The notes beneath the pieces were generated by a model that did no database searches, was not told the DNA's origin, and saw only the letters and a program-made list of their open reading frames with translations. A stretch of 63,908 nucleotides of DNA, filler included, from Octopus bimaculoides (lineage: Eukaryota), in the NCBI RefSeq assembly GCF_001194135.2. It is 8 parts of 8 records of this genome, joined end to end, with 100 filler letters (N's around TTAATTAATTAA, not from the genome) between each part and the next. Parts side by side here need not be neighbours in the genome. Positions count along the whole stretch, not along the records: positions 7,516 to 21,474 come from NC_068983.1; positions 21,575 to 42,598 come from NC_068990.1; 6 more parts are not named here. One strand, 5' to 3'. The position numbers and the translations under genes were made by a program. Positions 10,291-23,165 of the stretch are shown here, one piece after another. How positions within the stretch are numbered: the first letter of the stretch is position 1; each line of letters starts with the position of its first letter.

Positions 10291-12619
10291 ACAAACACAC
10301 ACACGCGCACACGCAGACACACAAACACACAAAAGGAACTGGTATGTGAGCATCTAAACTACACTTTATTATATTATACAGTAGCTATATACGTTGCTGT
10401 AGTATACGGAAAAAGTCAACACACCTAGTATGCTTGGAGTTATAAATCATATTTAGACGAGTATTCTCGACCATAATCAAACGGAATTACGCTAAAAGAG
10501 GCAAGTTTCCTTCATCTGATATAATGCTAAAAGCAAAATTCAAGTTTAAACTTTAATTTGTAATCTGTAGCAGTACAATTTATTATATATTATTTTATTA
10601 TAAGTTCCATTACACTAGATGATTATAGCATAAGTATAGCATAATTCCCCTTCCACCTCATTTTATTGATATAATTTAATTTCATAGCAATTTAATATTA
10701 ATGATATATATATATATTTTGTTTGACATAAATGTTTCTCCTCACTTTAAGATGTGATACACGACGCATAACCCTTATTATAAACGGCGTTAGTTAATTC
10801 AATAATTATCATATCTCCCAATCTTGATAACAGCTTCTCACACTTATCCAAATTATAATGATAGCATTTTGGCAATCTGAATGTTGTTAACCTCTTCGCT
10901 GAAATAATGAAACTCTGTCTACATTTTGGTCTCCATCAATTTATTTATTACGTTTCCCTTCAAGACAGTTATTTTTGATATCCAACCCTTACTTTTGCCT
11001 GCACCATTCCCCTTGATTCCTTACTACTTAATATTACACTTTATTCTTATCTATTTCCAAGAGAACTATTTTAATTGTAAAATCATTTCTTCACAAATGA
11101 CTATATATCTTACATTTACCTTAACTTTACTAACACAGCGATTACTCTCACACGTTTTGTATGTATATTATGTAATATCCCTTAATTTCCAAAAAGGTTC
11201 CTTGATATAGAAATCTTCCTTAAAGACACGTAAAGGAAGCTAACGTACCTCACTTCCGCGCCATCAACAAATTTATCTAGAAAGATAGCATATCCTGTAG
11301 TCTATTTTCTGAGACTTCAATTTCTGATTTTTCATATTTACAAGAAGGTATGTACTATCACCATTCACATTTCCCAGCATCACTACAAATTGCTGACACA
11401 ATCAAGGAAAACCATAACTGAGTCCTCAAACATAGTTCTGAATAATGAATGCTTTGTGAATTCTAAATACGGCTGATTGTCATTGTATGTTGAATGAGGC
11501 TTGTTCTCTCTCTCGCGGAATTGATTTTACCGCAGCTGTCGGCTGATATAAATAGGTAGAAAACTCGGTGCGATGAGCAGCAATAGTTTTCATTGCACCG
11601 GCGAAAGTTTTCAATGGATCCAGAATTTCAGTAAAGTTAATAGAAGTTTTGTTAGAGATACGTTAGCGCTAAGAGTTAATGATTTAAAATTTAGCGCTTT
11701 CAGAGTCCCTTTGGTAACATAAACATGAAAGTTTTGCTTAATTGTTAAAGGATACTGTTGACCCTTGTGATATCTGTTGACCCCTGTGTATTTCAGAGAC
11801 AACACGGAAACATACCCTTCTTACAGGCTCGTGAATACAGCTGTCACCTTTGACTCTACCAATAATTATTTATATTGTTACAGACAACTTTGAAACATCA
11901 ACATCTAGTTCGAGAAATATTATACTGTGGACAGTGGACAACAGCTGTTTCTCAACCTCAGTAGTTTTGTGCCTACAATCTTATAAATCAACGTAGGTTA
12001 CATCTTTAGTATTAGTAATGAAGGCTGGTTGACAGCATCAACTGTGCTGTTGATAAGATACGTCCCTGTACTGCCAGTTTTGTTCGATATATAACAGTAA
12101 ATTAATTTTCCGCTTAACATTTTAGTCCTCGATTTGAAAAAAAAAAAATGAAAAATATACCTTTGTTTTTATGTTAGCAATTGATATTAATATTATTTTA
12201 TTTCCATTATGGCCACTAGAACATGACGGTCAAACTTAATTCAAAATAGTTTTCACTTTGTTCAATATGCACATAAATATTTTTAATGAAGAACTCAATT
12301 TTTTTCAAGGAATTATATCGTGAAATATATGTTCAGTATCGCATTATATTCTTCTGTTTAAATGTATTCATTACTAGGCAATTATTCTGAATATTCAAGA
12401 TACAACACACAGGAGAAATGTATTGGCGCATTTACTATTTTGTTTTTAATCTTTATAACATAGAAGTCTGATATAAAAACAACATTCTAGCCACTGGAGA
12501 TTCAACCACTTTGAGCCGAGTTATCGGCAGAATAATATATATATCAATATGGTTGTGTTCGTTGAAAAAGAAAAACCAGAATTTCAGTATGGAGACAGAG
12601 GAGCTACTGAGACAAATCA

Positions 12620-12620
12620 A

Positions 12621-12680
<60 letters not shown>

Positions 12681-12742
12681 GATCGATCTATCGATCTATC
12701 TATCTATCTATCTATCTATCTCTCTCTCTATCTATCTATATT

Positions 12743-12792
<50 letters not shown>

Positions 12793-12810
12793 CATCTATC
12801 TATCTATCTA
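12620..12810. repeat. (ATCT)n microsatellite
   Basis: Direct reading. Confidence 0.95.
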
Positions 12811-12972
12811 CCTAATACGGTGGGTACCGTATTATTACTCAATTAAGTCGTAGTTAACGGCTAACAACATCGATGAGAATCTAAAGTCTGTGATTAAAAT
12901 TAGTTGTTAGTCGCTTCCGATGTGTACTCTTCGCTGGACGGTAAACATTGTTTGAAACATATATTAATATTA

Positions 12973-13172
12973 ATCATTCTTTCTACTAAAGGCACAACAC
13001 CTGAAATTTTAGTGGGAGGGGACTAGTCAATTTCATCGACCCCAGGGTTTCGCTGGTACTTAATTTATAGACCCCGAAAGGATGAAAGACAAAGTGGACC
13101 CGGTAGCAAGACAAACAAAATACCGCTAAACATATTGAACGGCGTGCTAACAATTCTGCCAGCTCACCGCCT
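12973..13172 (-). mobile_element. SINE family A (internally deleted)
   Basis: Reverse complement of the family A head and tail. Confidence 0.75.
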
Positions 13173-13236
13173 AAAGAATATGGAGACTAGTACTTCCAGA
13201 AAATTTATTTTGTAGTTGTATATAGCATATTATAAT

Positions 13237-13320
13237 GACCTACACATGTTTCTGTTGCAGCAACTACTCAGTGTTGCAAATGCAAATTTTCAATATTGTC
13301 GGTGCACCTTCATCAGGGCC
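13237..13320 (-). ncRNA. Type I hammerhead-like motif with long loop II
   Basis: Reverse complement: GGCC-CTGATGA-AGGTGCA...(long loop)...TGCAACA-GAAA-CATGTG-TA-GGTC. Helix I is GGCC/GGTC. Helix III (ACATGTGT) is one change from the palindrome ACACGTGT. Confidence 0.55.
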
Positions 13321-13427
13321 CGTGTATTTGATCATCCTCAAAGTGAACTGATTGAAGTGCAGATCATTATAATATGTTGTATATAATTATTCAAAATAAA
13401 TTTTGTGGATGAAAAGGTCTCCATACC

Positions 13428-13461
<34 letters not shown>

Positions 13462-14062
13462 ATATATATATATNNNNNNNNNNNNNNNNNNNNNNNNNNN
13501 NNNNNNNNNNNNNNNNNNNNNNNNNNNNNNNNNNNNNNNNNNNNNNNNNNNNNNNNNNNNNNNNNNNNNNNNNNNNNNNNNNNNNNNNNNNNNNNNNNNN
13601 NNNNNNNNNNNNNNNNNNNNNNNNTTGCTAGTAAAACATGTTTTGCCAATAAATGTAAAATATTTCATAAAATATTATAATTCATATGAATCTTTGAAGA
13701 ATTTTTTTTTTATTTTGTATCTTTTTCAATATTAAAATTTGTTATTTTGTAATTCATTTTGGATTAAACATGATAATATTCATCCATTTCGTTTTATCTC
13801 CGTTCTATCGATGAATCAATCAATGGTTTCCTTTAGAACAGACGAACATATATAAATGTACATAACAGAGTAATAATAAAATAAATATTGATATAGTGTT
13901 ATGTAACCTGTATATTAGAAAATACTAGATTAATTTCTCTTGTTTTGTTCGCTTCATTAATTCCGTTTCATTCATTAATCCTAACACTTCACTCATTTAA
14001 AATTTTCAAGCTCCTTCAATCTCTTCTTCCCTCACTCACATTTTATATACTTCATTCTCTTC

Positions 14063-14106
<44 letters not shown>

Positions 14107-15105
14107 ATGCTCAGATGTATCTATCTATATGTATGTATCTATGTATCTATCTATTATCTACATACATACATACGTATGTATGTATAGCTAAATTGATAAA
14201 TATATCTGCATACACACACACACACACACACACACACAAATGCATACATGTGCACAAGCATATATGTGTCTAAATGTTGACTGTGTATCTGTGTGTTTGT
14301 GTGTGTGTATGCTTGTGTATATGTGTGTGTGTATATGTGTGTGTGTATGTGCGTGCGTGTGCTTGTGTGTGTGTGTGTGTGTGTGTGCTTGTGTGTGTGT
14401 GTTGTGTTTGTGTGTAGCCATTCATATATAGGTCTATCTATCATCTCCGCTAGAGTCATCACACATATCCTCCATTGGGTGTTATCAGAATCAAATGGCA
14501 TTAAATTTTCCGGCTGCATTCTCAAGCGCGACCAACTGAGATTATGGATGTTATCAAACCATCTTGTTCTTTGTCTACCCCTAACTTTCCTGCCGGTTGG
14601 CTCACATTGAAGAATCAGTCATGCGGATTCTTTTCTTTGATTTCTCAATGCAGGAAATGTGCATTGTGTCCTTGAGAAATGCATTCTATTTGAATCTGCC
14701 CCAGGCTCCTCGTTGCTAAATGAGTACTAGACAATATTTGGTGCTGGTTTATCTCCCTCGAGGTGTCATATCTTCGATCTTTTATTGATTCTAATATGGA
14801 AGAATCTACAGTGAGTCAGTGTCTGCTTACGGTGATGTAAATTCTTAAATAAATACTGGCAGCATAGCATTATTTACCTTGATATATTGGTGGTAATGGT
14901 GTTTATGCACATACAAACATACATAGATGCATACATAAATAGACACAAACACACGCCACCACCCACATGCACGCACATACACATACACCTACATATACGT
15001 ATCTCACAAAACCAGGAGGTCGGCGAAATGAATCTGTGTGACCCAGGGAGGACGTTTAACCTTTTTTGTTCTTATATATAAAAATACATGCATATATAAA
15101 TGTGT

Positions 15106-15146
<41 letters not shown>

Positions 15147-15316
15147 CATACAAAAACACACACATATAAATTGCTACGTATAAGCACATACACAAATACA
15201 CACATACAAACGTGCGCATAAACCTATATACATATGGTGCTTGGATCTATTTATGCACCACACCACACAAAAGAAGAGGAGTAAGAACGAGAAAAACAAA
15301 AAGATATATAAATATA

Positions 15317-15511
15317 CTTTTCTACTCTAGGTACAAGGCCCGAAATCTTTTGAGGTCGATTAGATCAATCCCACTACGCAACTGGTACTTAATTTATCGA
15401 CCCCGAAAGGATGAAAGGCCCCAAGAGAATTTGAACTCAGAACGTAAAGACAGACGAAATACCGCTAAGCTTTTCTCCTGGTTTGCTAACGTTTCTGCCA
15501 GCTCACCGCCT
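15317..15511 (-). mobile_element. SINE family A
   Basis: Reverse complement of the family A consensus. Confidence 0.75.
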
Positions 15512-15716
15512 CAAGATATATAAATATAGAGAAAGATGTGTGTATGTGGGTATGTGTGTGTGTGAATGAGTGAGCGTGTGTGTGTGTGTGAATGAGTGTG
15601 CATGTGTGTGTGCACGCGCGCTTATGTATTATATACACACACACACACACCAACACATATATGCACATGCGATTGATTTCCTTTGCTATTGTGCTTGCAT
15701 ACGTCTCTGTCGATTT

Positions 15717-15777
<61 letters not shown>

Positions 15778-16526
15778 TCATTCACATCCACACACTTATA
15801 TTCCTGATTCTTCATTGGAAGAACTACGAACGAGTCTAATTTAGAGACGCTCTTTTGAAACTTTCGACAACAAACGTTCATAGTGGCATAACGTTGCTAA
15901 TTATAAACTGTTGAAATGTTGGCATATTTCAAAGAAGTGAATCATATATCGTTGTCTGTTTGACAAATTATTAAATAAAATTGCGATTACTTTCTGTTTT
16001 TTCCTGTAAACTCATTATATTTTTGTTATATTCATTTGTGANNNNNNNNNNNNNNNNNNNNNNNNNNNNNNNNNNNNNNNNNNNNNNNNNNNNNNNNNNN
16101 NNNNNNNNNNNNNNNNNNNNNNNNNNNNNNNNNNNNNNNNNNNNNNNNNNNNNNNNNNNNNNNNNNNNNNNNNNNNNNNNNNNNNNNNNNNNNNNNNNNN
16201 NNNNNNNNNNNNNNNNNNNNNNNNNNNNNNNNNNNNNNNNNNNNNNNNNNNNNNNNNNNNNNNNNNNNNNNNNNNNNNNNNNNNNNNNNNNNNNNNNNNN
16301 NNNNNNNNNNNNNNNNNNNNNNNNNNNATATATATATATATATATATACTTACTCAGTATATGTGCATAGAAAACTAAACGGAATGTAGGCGTCATAGAC
16401 GTGTTTTCAGTTGTTTGTGCATTATACTTACACAAAATTATGAAGTATGTGTATACTCAAACACATAGATGCATACTCACTCAAACGTACTTATATGTAT
16501 GTGCTCGAGTGGGTTTCATTTCTCTC

Positions 16527-16579
<53 letters not shown>

Positions 16580-16618
16580 GTATGTATGTGTATGTAAATA
16601 TATACATATACATACACA

Positions 16619-17148
16619 CACAGGGTGGGTGAAAGCAAGTAGGCATTAAAAAATTGGTGATTAAGTCCATATTCCTTTTATAAATTTATTGAAACAAACG
16701 ATACATGTTTTTTTATAACATGGCAAAATGAAAGTAATTTTCTTATATTTCAACGTAAGCACAGGTGGCGTCAACCAGTTTCGTCAAACGGCCAGGGATG
16801 GAATGAATACCTTTCTGAAGGAGGTCGTTTGGGATATCATTGAGAATCTCCTGAATCCGTGTATGTTAGTCTTCCAATGTGCGATCTGTATTATAACATC
16901 CCAGCGTCCTTACTCCAGAGGATGTTTTCAAACAATTCATGCTAATTGTCATACCAACTTAGCATTAACTCTCCATATTCCATTCTGCGGTCACAGTCTT
17001 CAGGTTTTAGCTCCTGCACGTAATGGGGTTTCCACGGATGAAAATTCAGTTCTTTATGCAACAGCGTACGTATTGTGTTTCTTGTTTGCTCACTTTCACG
17101 AGCTGCTTGACGTCTTGATTTATAAGAGGAACTTGTTTCCTTCGTAGG
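16619..17148 (-). mobile_element. Tc1/mariner transposon fragment, internally deleted, with one terminal end (CACAGGGTGG...)
   Basis: Minus strand reads TIRTLLHKELNFHPWKPHYVQELKPEDCDRRMEYGELMLSW...LFENILWS, typical of the region before the first catalytic D of Tc1/mariner transposases. Confidence 0.75.
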
Positions 17149-17345
17149 ATATATATATATATATAATCATAAATTTACAGGGATTAGCATGAGTTGCTTC
17201 TCCAACATACTGAAAATTTAGAAATAGCAGTCAAAGAACTACTGATTCCAAACTACAAATTTCTTCTCTAACGGATGGCGATATTTATGGCACAAACAGA
17301 ACAAAAAACAGAAGAGAAAAGCAAAAACAAACCTGCCTTTAGTTA

Positions 17346-17407
17346 ATTGAGTACGACGTTTCACGGTTAAGAGTATGAAGGTACTCTATTCCGATCGTCA
17401 GCCCAAT
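17346..17407 (-). ncRNA. Type I hammerhead ribozyme motif, canonical CUGACGA/GAAA core
   Basis: Reverse complement: ATTGGG-CTGACGA-TCGG AAT AGAGTA CCTTCA TACTCT TAA CCGT-GAAA-CGTCG-TA^CTCAAT. Helix I is 6 bp, helix II is 3+6 bp with a U-U first position, helix III is ACG(T)CGT, and the cleavage triplet is GUA. Confidence 0.7.
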
Positions 17408-18079
17408 ATTCGAATAAATTTGAAAGTGTCTATATAACTCATGGGAATTTTAACCATGCGACATCAAAAACACATGAGGAAGGCACTTACAAAATTTATC
17501 GGCTAGTAAGTTCAAACACTTCACTCCAAAGAATCTATTCCATGTGCGCCACAAATAGCCCCGCATAAAAAAGTCCCGTATAAANNNNNNNNNNNNNNNN
17601 NNNNNNNNNNNNNNNNNNNNNNNNNNNNNNNNNNNNNNNNNNNNNNNNNNNNNNNNNNNNNNNNNNNNNNNNNNNNNNNNNNNNNNNNNNNNNNNNNNNN
17701 NNNNNNNNNNNNNNNNNNNNNNNNNNNNNNNNNNNNNNNNNNNNNNNNNNNNNNNNNNNNNNNNNNNNNNNNNNNNNNNNNNNNNNNNNNNNNNNNNNNN
17801 NNNNNNNNNNNNNNNNNNNNNNNNNNNNNNNNNNNNNNNNNNNNNNNNNNNNNNNNNNNNNNNNNNNNNNNNNNNNNNNNNNNNNNNNNNNNNNNNNNNN
17901 NNNNNNNNNNNNNNNNNNNNNNNNNNNNNNNNNNNNNNNNNNNNNNNNNNNNNNNNNNNNNNNNTTATGATTATAAATGGTTTTACCGATAAAGGTTTGT
18001 TCATACTGAAGTACTTGGCAAAATTGTTAATTATTAATTTTATTACTAATTGACGATTCCCTGCCCTATATCTGTATAT

Positions 18080-18110
<31 letters not shown>

Positions 18111-18169
18111 ATGTGTGTGTGTGTGTGTGTGTGCGTGTGTGTGTGTGTGTGTATGTGTGTGTATCTCTT

Positions 18170-18555
18170 TTATCCTTTACATCTTTTAGTCATTAGACTC
18201 CGGCCATACTGTGGCAGGAACTTGCAATTTTTCAGTCGAATAAATCGACACCTGAATAATTTTTGAAACCCGTATTTTGCCGAACCACTAAGCTACAGGA
18301 CATAAACATAACAACATCGGTTGATAAACGGTAGTGAGGGACAAACACAGACACAAACTCACTCCAGACACACACATATGTATATCCATACTACGGGCTT
18401 ATTTCAATTTCCGTCTACCAAATACACTCACAAAGCTTTGATCAGGTTGAGGCTATAGCAGATGTCACTCGGTCAAGGTGGCATGCAGAGAAACTGAATC
18501 CGTAAACATGTGATTAGGAAGCAAATTTCTTAATACACAGCCAGGCCTGCGCCTA
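18170..18555 (-). mobile_element. SINE family B, near full length
   Basis: Reverse complement of the family B head, body and tail. Confidence 0.75.
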
Positions 18556-18571
18556 TCCATAAACGTATATA

Positions 18572-18607
<36 letters not shown>

Positions 18608-21474
18608 GTCTGTCTCTCTTTCTTTTTCTCTGTATATATACATACACATACATTTATATATGGCATATGTGTGTGCTTACATGTACAGTAGAATTAAAGT
18701 GTGAAGTGAAAAAGAAATATTATCGGTTTGGAGACGCGTATTGTATATTCACATATAGAGATACATACATGCACATACATACGTGCAAACATGTATATGT
18801 ATCCATATATGTGTATATACAATACGGGTCTCCAAACCGACAGCATGTCCTTTTTCTTTTTATCTGTTCATGCTTTTATTCTACTGGACATGTAATCACA
18901 CACATATGCCATATATAAATGCGTGCGCGCGTGCGCATATTAATTATAAGGATTGCTTAAGAATCGAGGCATATCAACATGCAAGACACCAGGAAATGGC
19001 CGGGTACAAACACAGAACTCACTGTCAAACAGGTTTGTAGCATACTGTAGATACGCAAGTACTAAATTCAATTTATGGCCATCAAACCGACTCATATGGG
19101 CATCCTTGCGTGGAATACGTATTGAATATTTAACACTAATAGCATTAAAAATTTATGATAAATGTTTCACCAAAATTTGATTAATATGTTCATAAAAGAT
19201 GAAATAAGAATACACTATTCAACATCATCAGGTAAAATTTTAAGTATGCAGGATTTTAAACAGTCAGCCTGGACATAGCGAAAAATTTTTGGCTAGCCCA
19301 GGAAACGCTGGCGGTGTCCAGAGGGCTATTTAAAGCAAGAACTCGTGCAAAGCTGGGGCTTCATTCGTGCAAGAGAATATGTATGTATTGGGAGGGGAAG
19401 TGTATAATCAAGTTCGAAATACTTAAAATCAATCACACGGTCAATGCAGAGCTTTGAATTAGCAAACGCATAGGCTAAACAACGCAACTATTTGAAACAA
19501 CTCAAATGGTAACACGGCGTACATTTTCAACACGCATGTCCCCATGTCACTAATTTAGCCAAATGCTATTTAGGAGCTTGTTTGTGGGAGTTCTACCACA
19601 CCCACCATATTTTCAAGGTGTAACACCTTCAAATTATCTCCTTTTTCGGTCCTTTTCAACAACCTGAAATTTTGGCAAATATAGTGGACGACCAAGGAGA
19701 TTGGTTTATTGATATTTTTTTATTAAAAAAAAGGTTAAAGTAACTGACAAAAGTAATGATCGAATTTATCTACCAACCCAATATATTACAAAGTTGATAT
19801 TTCCAAACTGGGAGCCAACATAAAGGTCATGTATAAAGTGAGAATCCCTGTTTAATAACAGACTAGCACTTGCAGCAGAACTTCTAAAATTTACTGTGTC
19901 CCACTAAATGTAACGCGAAAGTTACCTCAAATATTTCCAATTAAATCATTGATTCGGTTAGATCATTTGATATATTTAACCCATAGATTATGAGCTATAA
20001 ACTTAATAATATTCCTAAAAGCTTGATACACCGTCTGTAAAAATTGCTCGAATTCTATTCGATCGAAGTGGACAATCATACTATTACATTACGCGTGTTA
20101 TCTATTTAATTTCATAAGTGCACACTAATATATTCACAGGAACACAAGCTTTTATGGCTCGCGGTTGTTACGGAGAATAATATTAGCCATAAAAATTAGT
20201 TAATGTCCAAAATTTGCATAATTTGCATCTGATTCATATACCATAATTCTGACCCGCAGGAGAAGATAGCGCATACCACAGACTATTGGCAACATTATGA
20301 TGTTTAATGATAAATAATAACAGTTTATTGAGTTTAAACACGTTGGCATCATAATTACTGCCTTTGATACAAATCGTACAATAATCATTTCTTGAAAATT
20401 ATTTTATTGAAAATTTAAAATTTAGAAAGTACTTTAGTTTAGAAGGATTGACTCGTTTCATTAATTTTCGCTTCAAGGTTTCTTTAGAAGCGATATTTTG
20501 TTGAGAATACCAACAAATATGATTAAATTTCCTGCCATAAGAATTTGAATCGGGAACATTACAGTTCTTTAGAATCTTTGCAGACATTCCTATTCCTCAC
20601 TATATTTTCACGTCAAATAGACTCCTTACCCATTAGAAACTCAACATCCTTTCATGGATTGTACACGTAAAACGTTCCAAGATTTTATTACAAACTCACA
20701 CAATACAACTATTAATGGAACATAGCACGCTATGACCCGTAGTAAGTAACTTTATCAGTCAACGTTCTCTTTTGTTGCGCCAAAAGGATTTTGTGTCTTA
20801 AATGCATTGAGAACAGAGAATTTAATCCCCTGAGAATTCTTGCATCATTGTTTTAGAGACTTCGCAATATATTTAAGTCGGCAGAATCTAAACATGTCTT
20901 TTTAGTCAGTTTTCAGCGATAAAATATTTCAAAGTAATTTTAGATTTTAGGCTAGTAGCAGATATCGCTTCGTTAAGCACGTTTCATGAGGGTTTTTTTA
21001 ATAATTTTTGTGAAGCAATCTTCTAACTAGCCTGCGTGGTTTCGAGCATCCGGCGGGCGTTATGTAATGCATATGACTATATTGTGTTGTATCATGTAAA
21101 CAATAAGGGTCACATCCTGAATTTGAGTATGCCAGTAGGAAATGGGGTGTGAGGTCCTTACATATCTATACGGAAACTCCACTTGATATAACCAGATCAA
21201 CCGCTGCACAATCATTTGCACCATGCACAAAAAGACTCTGACTTAGCTGCTGCATTAGTGAAGATAACACTGCATCTGCATAATTTCTTTTTGGAGACGA
21301 CTAGTGTCTTCTATCTGGGAAATATTTCTCCTTAAGGACCCTGCAGTTGTGGTGGGGTCTCGTGTGAGCAAACTGGCTGTTTGTACCATCTTCCACATGC
21401 CAACATTTGCTTTGCAGGTAAAATTAGCACGTCCGCCTCTTCACTCGACATTAGTCGAGCAAATCGAGTTAAAT

Positions 21475-21574
21475 NNNNNNNNNNNNNNNNNNNNNNNNNN
21501 NNNNNNNNNNNNNNNNNNTTAATTAATTAANNNNNNNNNNNNNNNNNNNNNNNNNNNNNNNNNNNNNNNNNNNN
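21475..21574. other. Artificial scaffold joiner
   Basis: 44N-TTAATTAATTAA-44N. Confidence 0.95.
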
Positions 21575-21605
<31 letters not shown>

Positions 21606-22539
21606 TATACACGCATACATATACACGTATATATTCGAAGCCACCCTCTCTTTTGTGTTCAGTCTCTTCATATCAGAAATGCTTTGTTAATACTGATATA
21701 TTCCAGTATGATACTGCGCATGCGGCTTGGAATGTAAATGAAGGGGTGTGGGATTTTTTAATATTAAATAATATCATTATGTATGCAACTGTCAAGTAGC
21801 CGTATGAATATGTTCATCACTCTTTGATAATACTCTCTGTTTTCATTATACTGATTTAACTAAGGTGAGTTACTAATCTGTATCAAGTTATAATGAAAGC
21901 CAGCTCACTATTATATTTTCTCATTATTTTTTTTTTCACCAGGAGCTGAAATAATTATTTTCAAACCTCACCGACCGCACAAAACAGATGGCTCAGCGCC
22001 AGTCATTATTTTCACTTCCTATCTTTACTCCATCACCCACTACTTTCAGCTGCTTTAGAAGAAAGAGATCTGAAAAATTCGTCTCTTTTCGGAAAATAAT
22101 GATTATTATACTTTAATTATTGGTGCTGCCTCTTATTTCATAACTACTTTAGACATGGCTTTCATGTTAAACTTGTTGGTTGTTTAGCTTTTATTGTTAC
22201 TTTTGGTATTATTGATATCATTAGCGTTGTTGATGATGACAGGCAGGGCTGGATAGGCTGTTGCACATGATTATAATTAGTTTTTCTGATGTTTATTTTG
22301 AGCGCTTTTGAAGCTTTATCTCTCTTTCATAATTTGTTCTATTTATGGTGGTCAACTTGGTCAGGCGGTAAGTTCTCCGTGCGCTGAGTCAGAATAGAGT
22401 TTCGCTTCTCACCGAAAGCAAACTTAATCAAAAGGTCTCTGTCAGTCATAGTAAAATACTTAAATAGTATTAGTTCTACATCAGCTCTATACACACACAG
22501 ATAGTTAGAAGGACACACACACACATACCTATTGCGCGC

Positions 22540-22622
<83 letters not shown>

Positions 22623-22630
22623 CACATATA

Positions 22631-23165
22631 TATAGAGGCTGTGATAGGTAAATTGTCATCAATTTATATTTCTAATTTTGCGCTTGCGCATTGTTTGTTT
22701 TTGATTTTGTCGACTACACAGTATAGTACGGTCAGATGGGCACCGTCTGCGAGAAAAGCAGTACCGTGGCGCAATTCACTCTGCCAGTAATCTGGAAACG
22801 ACATGACGTACTGCTTGGCATTCGCGCCAGAAGCTCCAAAATGAACATTTCAGAGTGTTTGGGTGTCAGTCCGATGACATTGCAGAGGATTCGGAAAGAG
22901 GTCGATGAGTCTATTGGTGATTACGAAGGTACGTCAGCTCGGAAATCTCATTCTGATTGTTCTGATGAGAAAAGAACTCCTGAATTTGTTGGTGAGATCC
23001 AGTCCATGATTGACAACGATCCCTCCAAGTCAATCAGGTCCATCGCCAGGAACGTGGGAGTTTGTAGGATTCTTATCAGGCGGTTAGTGCATGAAGACAA
23101 TCGGTATTCCTCATAGAAGATGAGGAAGGGCCAATTTTTATCCCACGCCACTAAGACTGAGGAAA
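22631..23165 (+). mobile_element. Tc1/mariner (maT/DD37D-like) transposon, 5' end and N-terminal transposase
   Basis: ORF 22736-23116: NISECLGVSPMTLQRIRK...KRTPEFVGEIQSMIDNDPSKSIRSIARNVGV...EDNRYSS*KMRKGQFLS (paired HTH region). Confidence 0.8.

Noticed and set aside
11591-11612. True miR-92/25 orthologue
   Set aside because: It shares only the seed and lacks the conserved 3' half. Kept only as a low-confidence hairpin finding.
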